A stretch of 32,000 bases of DNA from assembly GCA_000008085.1 (NCBI GenBank), contig AE017199.1, positions 458,886-490,885 of the forward strand. Reading direction: 5' to 3'. This DNA comes from Nanoarchaeum equitans Kin4-M (GTDB lineage Archaea; Nanobdellota; Nanobdellia; Nanobdellales; Nanoarchaeaceae). Shown here one piece after another: positions 16,316-25,481 of the stretch. Under the pieces are notes generated by a model. The model did not search any database and was not told where the DNA came from. It worked only from the letters and a program-made list of their open reading frames with translations. Each line of letters opens with the position of its first letter. Within the stretch, counting starts at the first letter, position 1. The position numbers were made by a program, and so were the translations under genes.

Positions 16316-17175
16316 TCCTATACAATGATGTTTTCCTAAAACATGATTGTCCCCATATAGAAAACAAAAATAGGGTTTTGGCCATTAAAAAAGCTTTAAT
16401 TGATTTGGGTATAAAATATTATTCTCCCCAAATTGAAGAAGACCCTATAAAATATATAGAAAAGGCCCATGATAAACAATACATCGAAATGATAAAATCT
16501 CTAATTGATATGGCAAAAGAGATGGGTTGTATTTATATAGATGGTGATACTTATCTATCTAAAGATAGCTGGGATCCTATTTTGTATGCTGTATATTATT
16601 CGGTTTATGCAGTAAATAATGATTTTTTATTTGCTGTAGTAAGACCGCCAGGGCACCATGCGGGTAAATATGGTAAAGCTAATGCAATTAGCCAAGGTTT
16701 TTGCATTTTTAACAATGCAGCAATTGCAGCTTTAAACTATAAAGGAAGGGTAGCAATAGTAGATATAGATTTACATCATGGCAATGGTACAGAAGATATA
16801 GTTAAGCATAACAAAAACATTAGATATTACAGCATTTACGCTAAAGACATATACCCATTACCCGATAATAAAAGTTATGACAACATATATAAATATCCAT
16901 TACCCATAGATGCCACAAACGAGGATTGGATTTCTAGTTTTGATTTGTTATTGGCTAACCTAATAGAATGGGACCCCGATAAAGTAATTGTAAGCCTCGG
17001 CTTCGATGCGCATAAAGACGATCCATTGTCGGTATTTAGAACAGATTATACCATATATAAATACGCTTTCCAAAAATTGGCTCAATTTAATCCTACATAT
17101 ATATTAGAAGGGGGTTATAACTACGATGTTTTATATAATGGTACAAAATTACTAATAAAATTTAGTCGCTCCTAG
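16312..17175 (+). CDS. Histone deacetylase-family enzyme (AcuC / acetylpolyamine amidohydrolase-like)
   Basis: Motifs RPPGHHA, DIDLHHGNGTEDI, GFDAHKDDPL and EGGYN. Confidence 0.9.
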   Translation: MILYNDVFLKHDCPHIENKNRVLAIKKALIDLGIKYYSPQIEEDPIKYIEKAHDKQYIEMIKSLIDMAKEMGCIYIDGDTYLSKDSWDPILYAVYYSVYAVNNDFLFAVVRPPGHHAGKYGKANAISQGFCIFNNAAIAALNYKGRVAIVDIDLHHGNGTEDIVKHNKNIRYYSIYAKDIYPLPDNKSYDNIYKYPLPIDATNEDWISSFDLLLANLIEWDPDKVIVSLGFDAHKDDPLSVFRTDYTIYKYAFQKLAQFNPTYILEGGYNYDVLYNGTKLLIKFSRS

Positions 17176-17926
17176 GCGCCAATATGAATATTAATGTCAT
17201 TTTATCCAAATATCTATACTCTAGCCATAATGGATAGTCTGTTTTTAGCTTTAATATCGCTATATCGCTTACATCTGCTGCTTTTGCGAATTTTTTGAGA
17301 TAATCTATAGAATAGCTCGCATACGCTTCCTCTTGTATGTCTATTGATACTACTGCATCTTCTCCCTCTGTTAACTCTACAGTCATCTCCTTCATTTCAC
17401 CTTCTGCTTTGATTATTAACTTAGATGGGGGTTCTGCTTTGAATTTTAGTGAATCAGCTATCGCTGAGGCATCATCTATAATTTCTTTTATAGCTTTAGA
17501 ATCAAGCTCTACCACATTATTGTATTCTAATGAAGGTATTGGTGTTTCGGTTTCTTCTCCCTCTAATAATGGAATAGAAAAAGTCTTTTTTATTGTACCT
17601 CTTGCCAAAATTTTTAGCTTGTTTTTCTCTCTATCTGTTTCCCAAACAACCATCTCTCTTTGTTTTAATTTTTTAACTATAGTTTTCAAATCATCCATAC
17701 TTACAGTTATAATCTCTTTGTCTCCCTCTATAGTATAATCGATAAACGCCTCGGGTTTCATTTCCCATATAACCATAGCTATGCTAGCGGGATCCATAGC
17801 TACTAATTTAATACCTTCTTCTGTGGCAACAAATTGGCCTTCGCTAATTAAATCTGCTACAATTGGAACTATTTTCTTTAATGCCTTCGCATCTGGAAAG
17901 GTTACTCTCATATTTAGATTATGCAA
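17162..17926 (-). CDS. pcn: DNA polymerase sliding clamp (PCNA)
   Basis: 254 aa, acidic, with a two-domain clamp pattern (F.DAKALKKIV.IVADLISEGQFVATEEGIKLVAMDPASIAMV...). Length is typical of archaeal PCNA. Confidence 0.85.
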   Translation of the reverse strand: MHNLNMRVTFPDAKALKKIVPIVADLISEGQFVATEEGIKLVAMDPASIAMVIWEMKPEAFIDYTIEGDKEIITVSMDDLKTIVKKLKQREMVVWETDREKNKLKILARGTIKKTFSIPLLEGEETETPIPSLEYNNVVELDSKAIKEIIDDASAIADSLKFKAEPPSKLIIKAEGEMKEMTVELTEGEDAVVSIDIQEEAYASYSIDYLKKFAKAADVSDIAILKLKTDYPLWLEYRYLDKMTLIFILAPRSD

Positions 17927-17931
17927 TAAAG

Positions 17932-17939
17932 TTTATAAA
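17932..17939 (+). promoter_or_regulatory. TATA-like box upstream of tRNA-Leu
   Basis: TTTATAAA lies 21-28 nt upstream of tRNA position +1 (17960), compatible with transcription starting at the mature 5' end. The AT-rich background weakens this call. Confidence 0.4.
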
Positions 17940-17959
17940 GGTTTTTTGATAAAGCTTAT

Positions 17960-18043
17960 GCGGCCGTGCCCGAGCGGACAAAGGGGCCAGGTTGAGGTCC
18001 TGGTGGGGTAGTCCCTGCCGGGGTTCGAATCCCCGCGGCCGCA
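17960..18043 (+). tRNA. tRNA-Leu (anticodon GAG), class II
   Basis: Hand-folded. Acceptor GCGGCCG/CGGCCGC, anticodon stem CCAGG/CCTGG, loop TTGAGGT, long variable arm, T arm CGGGG-TTCGAAT-CCCCG, discriminator A. Confidence 0.9.
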
Positions 18044-18673
18044 CTATTTGTTTTCTAAAAGTTTTTCCAACTCTTTCGCGGCTTTATCTTTTAATGCTAA
18101 ACCCAAGGCAACTCCAAAAGCTATAGATAGGGAAACAAAAAACGCTGCTACCGCTATGGTTATTATTTGATATATTAAATCTATTCCTTGTAAGTTTAAT
18201 TGTTTCAATGCAGAAACAATACCTATAAACAATATAACCAAATAACCACCTTCCCCTAACATAGCCAAAGAGGGGCTACCGCTTTCTTGGGCTTTGGTTT
18301 TTATATAATAACCAGCTAAATAGAAAATCAATAAAATTAATGCTGCAGCAATCACATTGCCAACAAAAGATAATAGCATACCTAATACTGGTATCAAAGC
18401 TTGTAAATTAAATACCCCTGCTGCGGCTGTTAATATATAGAAAAAGGCATACCACCTCGCTGCAATGGCTAATATTTCACTTAATTTATATCTACCTAAT
18501 GCTTTAGATATTTCCAATTCTTTCGCTATATCGTCTATTCCTAACGATTCTAAGAATAGTCTTACGGCTTTCTCTATTATGTGTTTAGAAACCAAATATG
18601 CAACCACTATAACAGACATTGTTACTACAAAACCGATTAAAACTTGTTTTGCAAATTCTAACCATGGGTTCAT
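18044..18673 (-). CDS. Integral membrane protein (conserved TM-helix repeat type)
   Basis: 209 aa with ~5 hydrophobic helices. Its stop codon directly abuts the 3' end of tRNA-Leu. Confidence 0.5.
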   Translation of the reverse strand: MNPWLEFAKQVLIGFVVTMSVIVVAYLVSKHIIEKAVRLFLESLGIDDIAKELEISKALGRYKLSEILAIAARWYAFFYILTAAAGVFNLQALIPVLGMLLSFVGNVIAAALILLIFYLAGYYIKTKAQESGSPSLAMLGEGGYLVILFIGIVSALKQLNLQGIDLIYQIITIAVAAFFVSLSIAFGVALGLALKDKAAKELEKLLENK

Positions 18674-18676
18674 CTT

Positions 18677-19204
18677 TTGCTATCTAATAAATATTTAAAA
18701 GATTTTATTTTTAACAACCAAATGATATGGATAGTTAAAACTGCTGGAGGAAAAGAAGAAATAGTTGCAGATTTAATAGAGGCAAAAGCTAAAAAGCTGG
18801 GTGCGAATGTATATTCTATAGTTATTGCCCCAGGAATTAAAGGTTATATTTTTGTGGAGGCAGACAAATATGATACTGTAAATGAATTAGTCCACGATAT
18901 AAAACATGTTAGAAAAGTTTTGCCTAAACCCATAGAAGTTAAAGACATAGAAAAATTCATAAAAGCAGAGCCATTGGTAACAAAAGTAAATGTTGGCGAC
19001 ATCGTAGAAGTAATAGCTGGCCCATTGAAGGGCTCTAGAGGGAAGGTAGTAGCATTCAATGAAAATACAGGAGAGGTAACAATAGAAACATTAGATTCGG
19101 TAATACCTTTGCCTGTTACAGTATCTATTCATGATATAAAATTAGTTGAGCCCAGCAAAGAAGAGAAGAAAGAAGAAGTCGAAGAGTTTTTGTTTTTCGA
19201 ATAG
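18677..19204 (+). CDS. spt5: Transcription elongation factor Spt5 (NusG homolog)
   Basis: NGN domain (KGYIFVEA) plus KOW motif GDIVEVIAGPLKGSRGKVV. The likely true start is ATG 18722 (MIWIVKT), downstream of a TATA-like stretch at 18689-18700. Confidence 0.9.
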   Translation: MLSNKYLKDFIFNNQMIWIVKTAGGKEEIVADLIEAKAKKLGANVYSIVIAPGIKGYIFVEADKYDTVNELVHDIKHVRKVLPKPIEVKDIEKFIKAEPLVTKVNVGDIVEVIAGPLKGSRGKVVAFNENTGEVTIETLDSVIPLPVTVSIHDIKLVEPSKEEKKEEVEEFLFFE

Positions 19205-19516
19205 TTGCGAAAGAAACTTATTAAAATTCTGCAAGATTTATTAGATATATCTGATACTGAATTAGAAATTTATAGTTTTATACTAAACAACTCTAGGGTA
19301 ACCGTTAAAGATATTGTAAACAATCTCAAAATAAGCAAAAAAACTGCACATGAAAAACTAAAAAAACTAATTAGTTTAGGATTAATAGATAAAAAAATCG
19401 ATAAGAAAGGTTATATTTACGAAGCGAAGGCTGATAAATATACAATACTATCATTGTTAAAAAAACAATTGGAAAAAATATATAAAGAGTTTGAAGAGGA
19501 ATTTTCTAAATTGTAG
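19205..19516 (+). CDS. Winged-helix transcription regulator (TrmB/MarR-like)
   Basis: 103 aa, TTG start. ELEIYSFILNNSRVTVKDIVNNLKISKKTAHEKLKKLISLGLIDKK is a typical wHTH layout. Confidence 0.6.
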   Translation: MRKKLIKILQDLLDISDTELEIYSFILNNSRVTVKDIVNNLKISKKTAHEKLKKLISLGLIDKKIDKKGYIYEAKADKYTILSLLKKQLEKIYKEFEEEFSKL

Positions 19517-19547
19517 GTCTTTTTAAATATATTCTTTAGGTCGCTCT

Positions 19548-21779
19548 ATGGTTTCCGAAAAAACAATGGCAGAGAGAGTTTTAGCCCTAATGGGTAGGCC
19601 AAACAATATAAGAAATATCGGTATTATAGCGCATATACATCATGGTAAAACAACACTAACAGACAACCTTTTAGCAGGGGCAGGAATGCTTAGCGAAGAG
19701 CTCGCTGGAGATGCAATGTTTACTTGGTGGCATGAACAAGAGAGAGAAAGAGAAATGACAATATATGGAGCAGCAGTTTCAATGGTTCACGAATATGAGG
19801 GAGATGATTATTTGATTAATTTAATTGATACTCCCGGGCATGTCGAATTTGGGGGCGAAGTAACTAGAGCAGTAAGAGCTATAGATGGAGCAGTTGTAGT
19901 AGTAGATTTCGTAGATGGTATAATGCCCCAAACTGAAACTGTATTAAAACAAGCTTTAAGAGAATATGTTAAACCCGTTTTATTCATAAACAAAGTTGAT
20001 AGAGCAATAAAAGAATTGCAATTACCTCCAAATAAAATAATGGAAAGGTTAGCAGAAATTGTAGTTGGAGTAAACGATTTAATTGAAAGATATGCCCCAG
20101 AGGAGTTTAAAGATAAATGGAAAGTTAGTGTACAAAATGGGACAGTTGCTTTTGGTTCCGCTTTGCATAATTGGGCATTAAGCGTTCCATATATGCAAAA
20201 AACAGGTATAGGGTTTAAACAAATAGCAGAAATTTATAATACTGCAGCCGATGCTAAAGAGATAAGAAGAAGGGTATGGGAAATAGCCCCATTGTATAGA
20301 GTAGTATTAGATATGGTTGTTAGACATTTGCCTTCTCCAAAAGAAGCACAAAAATATAGAGTGCCTAAACTATGGCATGGTGATCTAAATAGCAAATATG
20401 GTAAAGCCATGCTAGAAGCAGATCCAAACGGGCCAGCTGTAGCAGTAGTAACTAAAGTTATTGTCGATAAAACATCTAAACAAGAAACTGCCATAGCGAG
20501 GGTTTGGTCTGGCACAATAAGGAGAGGTATGGAAGTTTGGCTATTAAATGCTAACAAAAAAGTAAGACTCCAACAAGTTGGTGTATTTAAGGGTATACAA
20601 AAAATACAAATAGAAGAAGCGAAAGCTGGAAACATTATTGCTATTAGTGGAGTAAGAGATTTGCAAAGTGGTGAAACCATTGTAGAACCAGAACCAGATG
20701 GGTCTAAACCAAACATACCCCCATTCGAAGCAATAAAGCATATATTCGATCCAGTAGTAACTAAAGCTATAGAACCCAAAGATCCAAGAGACTTGCCAAA
20801 ACTAATAGAAGTATTGAAACTAATTCAAAAAGAAGATCCCACATTAAAAGTAGAAATAGACCAAGAAAGTGGACAAATACTAATCTCTGGTTTAGGAGAC
20901 TTACATTTGGAAATAGTTGAATATAGAATAAAGAACGATTTCAAAGTAGATATAATAACATCTAATCCAATAGTTGTATATAGAGAAAGCGTTAAAGGAC
21001 AAGCCGGCCCAGTAGAAGGTAAATCTCCAAACAAATTAAACAAATTCTATATTACTGTTGAGAAGATGCCCGATGAATTATATTGGAAGCTAAGGGAGAA
21101 ACTATTAAAAGGCGAATTGCCAGAAGGTAAAATAAAGAAAATGAACGAAGATATAATAAAACATTTGATGTCTTTAGGTTTTACAAGGGAAGAAGCACAA
21201 AGGTGTAAGGTAATCTATAGAGAAAACATGTTCTTCGATATGACTAGAGGTATAATACATATTGGAGAAGTAATAGATATGGTTATGGACGCTTTTATGC
21301 AAGTTATGGACCATGGTCCAATAGCATGGGAACCATGTATTGGATTAATAGTAAAGCTAACCGATGCACAATTGCATGAGGATGCTATACATAGGGGGCC
21401 TGGTCAAGTTATTCCTGCAGTAAGGGAAGCAATTAAATTAGCCATGAAAGATGCAGGCCTTGTATTATATGAACCAGTACAAGTAATTTTGGTTGATGTG
21501 CCCCCAGATTACATTGGGGATGTCACAGCTTTAATAAACTCTAGGAGAGGGGCAATATTAGATATACAAACCGAAGAAGATAGGGCATTGATTAAAGCTA
21601 AAGTCCCAGTTAGAGAGATGATAGGCTTTACAGATACTCTAAGGTCTGCCACTTCTGGAAGGGGAGTATGGTATCTGGTAGACCAAGTTTATGAACCAGT
21701 ACCAAGAGAATTATTCGACCAAATAGTTAGAGAAATAAGACAAAGAAAAGGCTTACCATTAGATGCAGATATAGTCTAA
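19548..21779 (+). CDS. fusA: Translation elongation factor 2 (aEF-2)
   Basis: G1 AHIHHGKTT, G3 DTPGHVEF, NKVDR, and the diphthamide-site region HEDAIHRGPGQ; 743 aa. Confidence 0.95.
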   Translation: MVSEKTMAERVLALMGRPNNIRNIGIIAHIHHGKTTLTDNLLAGAGMLSEELAGDAMFTWWHEQEREREMTIYGAAVSMVHEYEGDDYLINLIDTPGHVEFGGEVTRAVRAIDGAVVVVDFVDGIMPQTETVLKQALREYVKPVLFINKVDRAIKELQLPPNKIMERLAEIVVGVNDLIERYAPEEFKDKWKVSVQNGTVAFGSALHNWALSVPYMQKTGIGFKQIAEIYNTAADAKEIRRRVWEIAPLYRVVLDMVVRHLPSPKEAQKYRVPKLWHGDLNSKYGKAMLEADPNGPAVAVVTKVIVDKTSKQETAIARVWSGTIRRGMEVWLLNANKKVRLQQVGVFKGIQKIQIEEAKAGNIIAISGVRDLQSGETIVEPEPDGSKPNIPPFEAIKHIFDPVVTKAIEPKDPRDLPKLIEVLKLIQKEDPTLKVEIDQESGQILISGLGDLHLEIVEYRIKNDFKVDIITSNPIVVYRESVKGQAGPVEGKSPNKLNKFYITVEKMPDELYWKLREKLLKGELPEGKIKKMNEDIIKHLMSLGFTREEAQRCKVIYRENMFFDMTRGIIHIGEVIDMVMDAFMQVMDHGPIAWEPCIGLIVKLTDAQLHEDAIHRGPGQVIPAVREAIKLAMKDAGLVLYEPVQVILVDVPPDYIGDVTALINSRRGAILDIQTEEDRALIKAKVPVREMIGFTDTLRSATSGRGVWYLVDQVYEPVPRELFDQIVREIRQRKGLPLDADIV

Positions 21780-22855
21780 GGCAAAAATTCTCCCTTTTCG
21801 ATTTTTTCGGGCAAATATTTGTTCGCTACAAACTCTAAAGAATGCTTAGCCAAAGCATCTTGTTCAGCTTTAATATTTAGTTTTAGCATTTTGTTGAATT
21901 GTCTTTGCCATTCCTTGTTTTTAAACCATGGATATTCCATTAGTTCTTTTACTCTTTTTACATCTATGGGCTTTAATTGTATTGCTACATCTTTCAGATC
22001 GTATTTTATTACATCATCTATAGTTAAACCGATAAACTTAGCATCTGGTGTTGCCAATTGCTCAGAAAACATTGCTAAATTCATAGAACCTCTTTTGATT
22101 ACCGAATATATATAGAACCCCCAGGGGTCGCCATCAGTAAATACATAAACAGGCAACCCTACTTCGTATCTAAGTTTTCTTATTAGCCTTCTCGTCCCTC
22201 TCGAAGGTTGTCCCTTAGTAGCAATCAATAAAGCTCTATTCTTTTCGGGAAACCTTTCCTCGATTAATCTCTCAAACATAGCGTCTTTCTCAACAACTAA
22301 AACATAATCTGCATTTACATCAACTATATCTATTTCTTCTATTGTTGAGGGTATTCCCCAACCCCCAAGGCCTAGCTTAGAGCAATTCCATTCGTCTCCC
22401 CTATTTCTGTCTTTCAATGTTATGTCTCCATATAGATAGCCTTTTCTATCTGCCACTATACCAAATTGTTCTCTTATCGCTCTTAACGCTCTTTCCAAAT
22501 CTTCGATAACAGAATCGCTTTCGCTTTGTTCGTCAAATGTGTTTTCATTAATATAAGGGATTGTGTGTTTCAATTGGTAGTACACTTCTCTTAATGAAGC
22601 ATGCTTATTAGATTCAACCAATTCTTTGGCCAACGCCGCAACTAATAAAGTTTGGGTAAACCTCCTTGTTTCTCCAACATCAAAAAACCTTCTTACAGAT
22701 TGCTTCTCCTTTAATTTAATTATATCCTTTTCTTCATCATACTCTACAGTTTTAATATTACCCCTAGTTAAGAATTCTATCCTTGGATCACCATTTTTTA
22801 AGAATTCATTATATATTTTTTCTCCCAATTGTTTTAGTTTTTGTAGTATATCCAT
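21776..22855 (-). CDS. top6A: DNA topoisomerase VI subunit A (Spo11 homolog)
   Basis: Catalytic Tyr region SLREVYYQLKH and Toprim motifs VVEKDAMF, GQPSRGTRRL, DGDPWGFYIY. Confidence 0.95.
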   Translation of the reverse strand: MDILQKLKQLGEKIYNEFLKNGDPRIEFLTRGNIKTVEYDEEKDIIKLKEKQSVRRFFDVGETRRFTQTLLVAALAKELVESNKHASLREVYYQLKHTIPYINENTFDEQSESDSVIEDLERALRAIREQFGIVADRKGYLYGDITLKDRNRGDEWNCSKLGLGGWGIPSTIEEIDIVDVNADYVLVVEKDAMFERLIEERFPEKNRALLIATKGQPSRGTRRLIRKLRYEVGLPVYVFTDGDPWGFYIYSVIKRGSMNLAMFSEQLATPDAKFIGLTIDDVIKYDLKDVAIQLKPIDVKRVKELMEYPWFKNKEWQRQFNKMLKLNIKAEQDALAKHSLEFVANKYLPEKIEKGEFLP

Positions 22856-22891
22856 TTTAAGTTTAATAAATACTATTTAAATAATATATAA

Positions 22892-23545
22892 ATGGATTTT
22901 GAGGCTATAGCCAAAAAATTCGGTCTAAAAAAGCGGTATGTGGAACATTTATTATATTATTCCTATTTCTACAAACCTGTAAACTTTGATAAAATAGAAA
23001 TACCTAAGGAAAACTTGCAATGGTGGGCCAGAGAGATATTAAAACTACAAAGACCTACAAAAGAGAGATTGCCTTTTTATGAAAAAATATGGGAGAAACA
23101 TAAAGAATTTAGCGATACTATAATAGATATAGGGAGTGGGCTTAACCCAATATCTTTATTATTAATAGATTGGAGACCAAAAGAATATATCGCTTTAGAT
23201 ATCGCAGATAGTATTGTTAATTTTTTAAACAAACTGGATTTTCTTCCAATAAAGGCTAAAAAATTCGATTTTCTTAGCGAAATTCCAAAAGAGAAGGGTT
23301 TAATACTATTATGGAAAGTAATCCCAATTATGGATAAATTCTATGGTTTTAGATATGTGAAAAACTATTTAGAATCATTAAGAGGAAACATAATTTCTAT
23401 AAGTTTTCCTAGAAAAAGTTTGAGCGGTAAAAAGCTAATTGGTAGGGCGTGGCGCTATTATATTAAAAGGGCTTCTCCCTATAAAATTATAGACGAATTT
23501 GAAACCGATAATGAATATTTCATAATATTCGATGCTACAGAATAG
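22892..23545 (+). CDS. SAM-dependent methyltransferase, possibly FmrO/ArmA-like 16S rRNA (G1405-N7) type
   Basis: Motif I IIDIGSGLNPISLLL is preceded by TKERLPFYEKIW, which resembles the (S)T(R/K)ERL...FY segment I recall from FmrO-family enzymes. Not verified. Confidence 0.45.
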   Translation: MDFEAIAKKFGLKKRYVEHLLYYSYFYKPVNFDKIEIPKENLQWWAREILKLQRPTKERLPFYEKIWEKHKEFSDTIIDIGSGLNPISLLLIDWRPKEYIALDIADSIVNFLNKLDFLPIKAKKFDFLSEIPKEKGLILLWKVIPIMDKFYGFRYVKNYLESLRGNIISISFPRKSLSGKKLIGRAWRYYIKRASPYKIIDEFETDNEYFIIFDATE

Positions 23546-24494
23546 ACCATATAATATTTATTAGCACTATAGTTAGGAAAAAGCTATTTATTTCAACCCA
23601 ATATTTGTTTAGGAATTCCCTTAATATTTGGGCCCCGTCTGTTATAAACAATGGAACCAAATTAGCTAACCCAATTCCTATATTTACTATGCCCAATACC
23701 GATATTAGCGAATACAAGAAATAAAAGCCCTTTTTAATATAATACGGTATTACCCATACTCCTAAAAATGGTTTCCCATTTTTCTCTTTTAATTTCGTCA
23801 CTATTTCCCCTTTGTCAGTATTTACTATAACTCTATCGCCAGGTTTATGCTTATATATAATATCTCTTATGTTTTTTATTGTAACATTTGTATTGTCTAT
23901 ACTATAGATGCATTTTACTCCTTCTAAATCTGGATTAGTAGTTTTTACCAATTTTAAACATTTGTATTGATGGAAATACGGAAATAGAATATTGGATAAA
24001 CCTAAAAAAATTAATCCTAATATTATATTAACTGCGGGCCCAGCAGAGAGAACCATAATTCTATTTATTGGTTTGTCCTTTTTGAATTCTTCTTCATCTG
24101 GTTCAACAAATGCTGCTAAAATAGGGCCCAGCAAAGCTAAACCCCAACTTTTTATTTTTCTATTCAGAGAAACTAACATTTGTGCATGGGCCAATTCATG
24201 AACTAATGCGGCTATAGAAATAGCAATTATGCCTTCAATTAATGGTAACTTCAATCCCCCTATTTCTATACCGGGAATTAATGGGGTAACAACAGGAGTA
24301 AAATTATTGGGTCTAAAAATAAAATCGTATAGCGATTTTAATAAAAAAGCAATTGTAAAACCTATCCCTGCAAAAGCTATAACTGTATAAATGAAGCCCA
24401 ATACTTTATAATGCTTAGTTTTCAATTTATATAGAATAGAGGGATCTAGCTTTATCATTATTAGGGGAAACCTTACCTCTATCATCGACCGCAA
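23535..24494 (-). CDS. Site-2 protease family (M50) intramembrane zinc metalloprotease
   Basis: HExxH in a TM helix (VHELAHAQM), second motif NLVPLFITDG, multiple TM helices, and a PDZ-like insert. Confidence 0.8.
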   Translation of the reverse strand: MRSMIEVRFPLIMIKLDPSILYKLKTKHYKVLGFIYTVIAFAGIGFTIAFLLKSLYDFIFRPNNFTPVVTPLIPGIEIGGLKLPLIEGIIAISIAALVHELAHAQMLVSLNRKIKSWGLALLGPILAAFVEPDEEEFKKDKPINRIMVLSAGPAVNIILGLIFLGLSNILFPYFHQYKCLKLVKTTNPDLEGVKCIYSIDNTNVTIKNIRDIIYKHKPGDRVIVNTDKGEIVTKLKEKNGKPFLGVWVIPYYIKKGFYFLYSLISVLGIVNIGIGLANLVPLFITDGAQILREFLNKYWVEINSFFLTIVLINIIWSIL

Positions 24495-24532
24495 TAAAAA
24501 TATATTTATAAAAACTTTCTTTTCGTTATACG

Positions 24533-25174
24533 ATGGTATCTGTAGACCAAGTAAAAAAAGCTAGAGAGGGCAAAAAAAGAAGGTTTACCCAAACATTCGA
24601 ACTAATATTCAACCTAAAAAATGTAGATTTAAGGAAATATAGGCTTTCAACCTATATAGTTTTACCTAGAGGGAGGGGCAAAAAGATGCCAATTCTCGCT
24701 ATCGTGGGCCCAGAAAATAAAGAATTGGCAGAAAAATATTTTGACATAGTATTAACTAGAGAAGATCTAAAACAATTAGATAAAAGGACAGCTAAAAAAT
24801 TAGCTAAAAGGCATTACCATGTCGTAGCGCAAGCAGATTTAATGCCAGAATTAGGTAAATCTTTGTTAGGTAGATTCCTAGGAATTAGGGGAAAGATGCC
24901 AAACCCAAAAGCAGGCCAAATATTGCCTCCAAATTTGAATGAAAAAATGTTAGAGGCATTAAGAGAAAAGCTAAACAATACTGTAAGAGTTAATGTTAAA
25001 AAGCATGTTACCTTTGGAGTACCAATAGGCACAGAAGATATGGAAGATGAAGCTATAGCAGAGAATGCAGATACTGTTATTAATGAAATAATATCCCAAT
25101 TACCTCAAGGCAAACAAAATATAGATAGTGTGTATCTAAAACTAACTATGGGGCCAGCGGTTAGAGTTTTATAA
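24533..25174 (+). CDS. rpl1: Ribosomal protein L1
   Basis: 213 aa. KRRFTQTFELIFNLKNVDLRK... and the overall pattern are typical of archaeal L1. Confidence 0.9.
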   Translation: MVSVDQVKKAREGKKRRFTQTFELIFNLKNVDLRKYRLSTYIVLPRGRGKKMPILAIVGPENKELAEKYFDIVLTREDLKQLDKRTAKKLAKRHYHVVAQADLMPELGKSLLGRFLGIRGKMPNPKAGQILPPNLNEKMLEALREKLNNTVRVNVKKHVTFGVPIGTEDMEDEAIAENADTVINEIISQLPQGKQNIDSVYLKLTMGPAVRVL

Positions 25175-25181
25175 ATAGTTT

Positions 25182-25481
25182 TTGGTATTAATTCGTATGG
25201 CTAAATATTCTATTATAATGGAAAAGAAAAACAAACTATTCGATAGAACAGAATATATTATACAAGTGGAGCATCCAAAGGAAAAAACCCCAACTAGGGA
25301 GGAGGCAAAAGAAAAAATAGCAGAGATGCTTAATGTCGACAAAAATAAATTAGTTATTAAAAAGATTGTATCTAAATATGGCTTACCCTATAGCTTTATA
25401 TACGCTAGGGTTTATGATAACATCGATACCGCAAAAAGAGTAGAGCTAAAACAAATTTTAAGAAGGAATAACTTACAATAA
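25182..25481 (+). CDS. rps24e: Ribosomal protein S24e
   Basis: KKNKLFDRTEYIIQVEH...KTPTREEAKEKIAEMLNV...VIKKIVSKYG...YARVYD is the S24e pattern. The probable true start is ATG 25197 (MAKYSII). Confidence 0.85.
   Translation: MVLIRMAKYSIIMEKKNKLFDRTEYIIQVEHPKEKTPTREEAKEKIAEMLNVDKNKLVIKKIVSKYGLPYSFIYARVYDNIDTAKRVELKQILRRNNLQ

Noticed and set aside
518-25032. All other track ORFs of 60-181 aa lying antisense or out of frame inside longer motif-supported genes: 518-841, 2057-2257, 4907-5107, 4980-5240, 7326-7541, 8346-8579, 9282-9620, 10004-10222, 11106-11501, 12651-12833, 14672-14992, 16014-16199, 17337-17738, 17781-18011, 18465-18698, 18844-19059, 19808-19993, 20234-20779, 20544-20741, 20825-21043, 21819-22115, 22626-22880, 23992-24201, 24814-25032
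   Set aside because: Each is nested in a gene with strong family motifs on the other strand or frame. The translations are Ser/Phe/Ile/Leu-rich low-complexity sequences typical of antisense reading of AT-rich K/E-rich genes.
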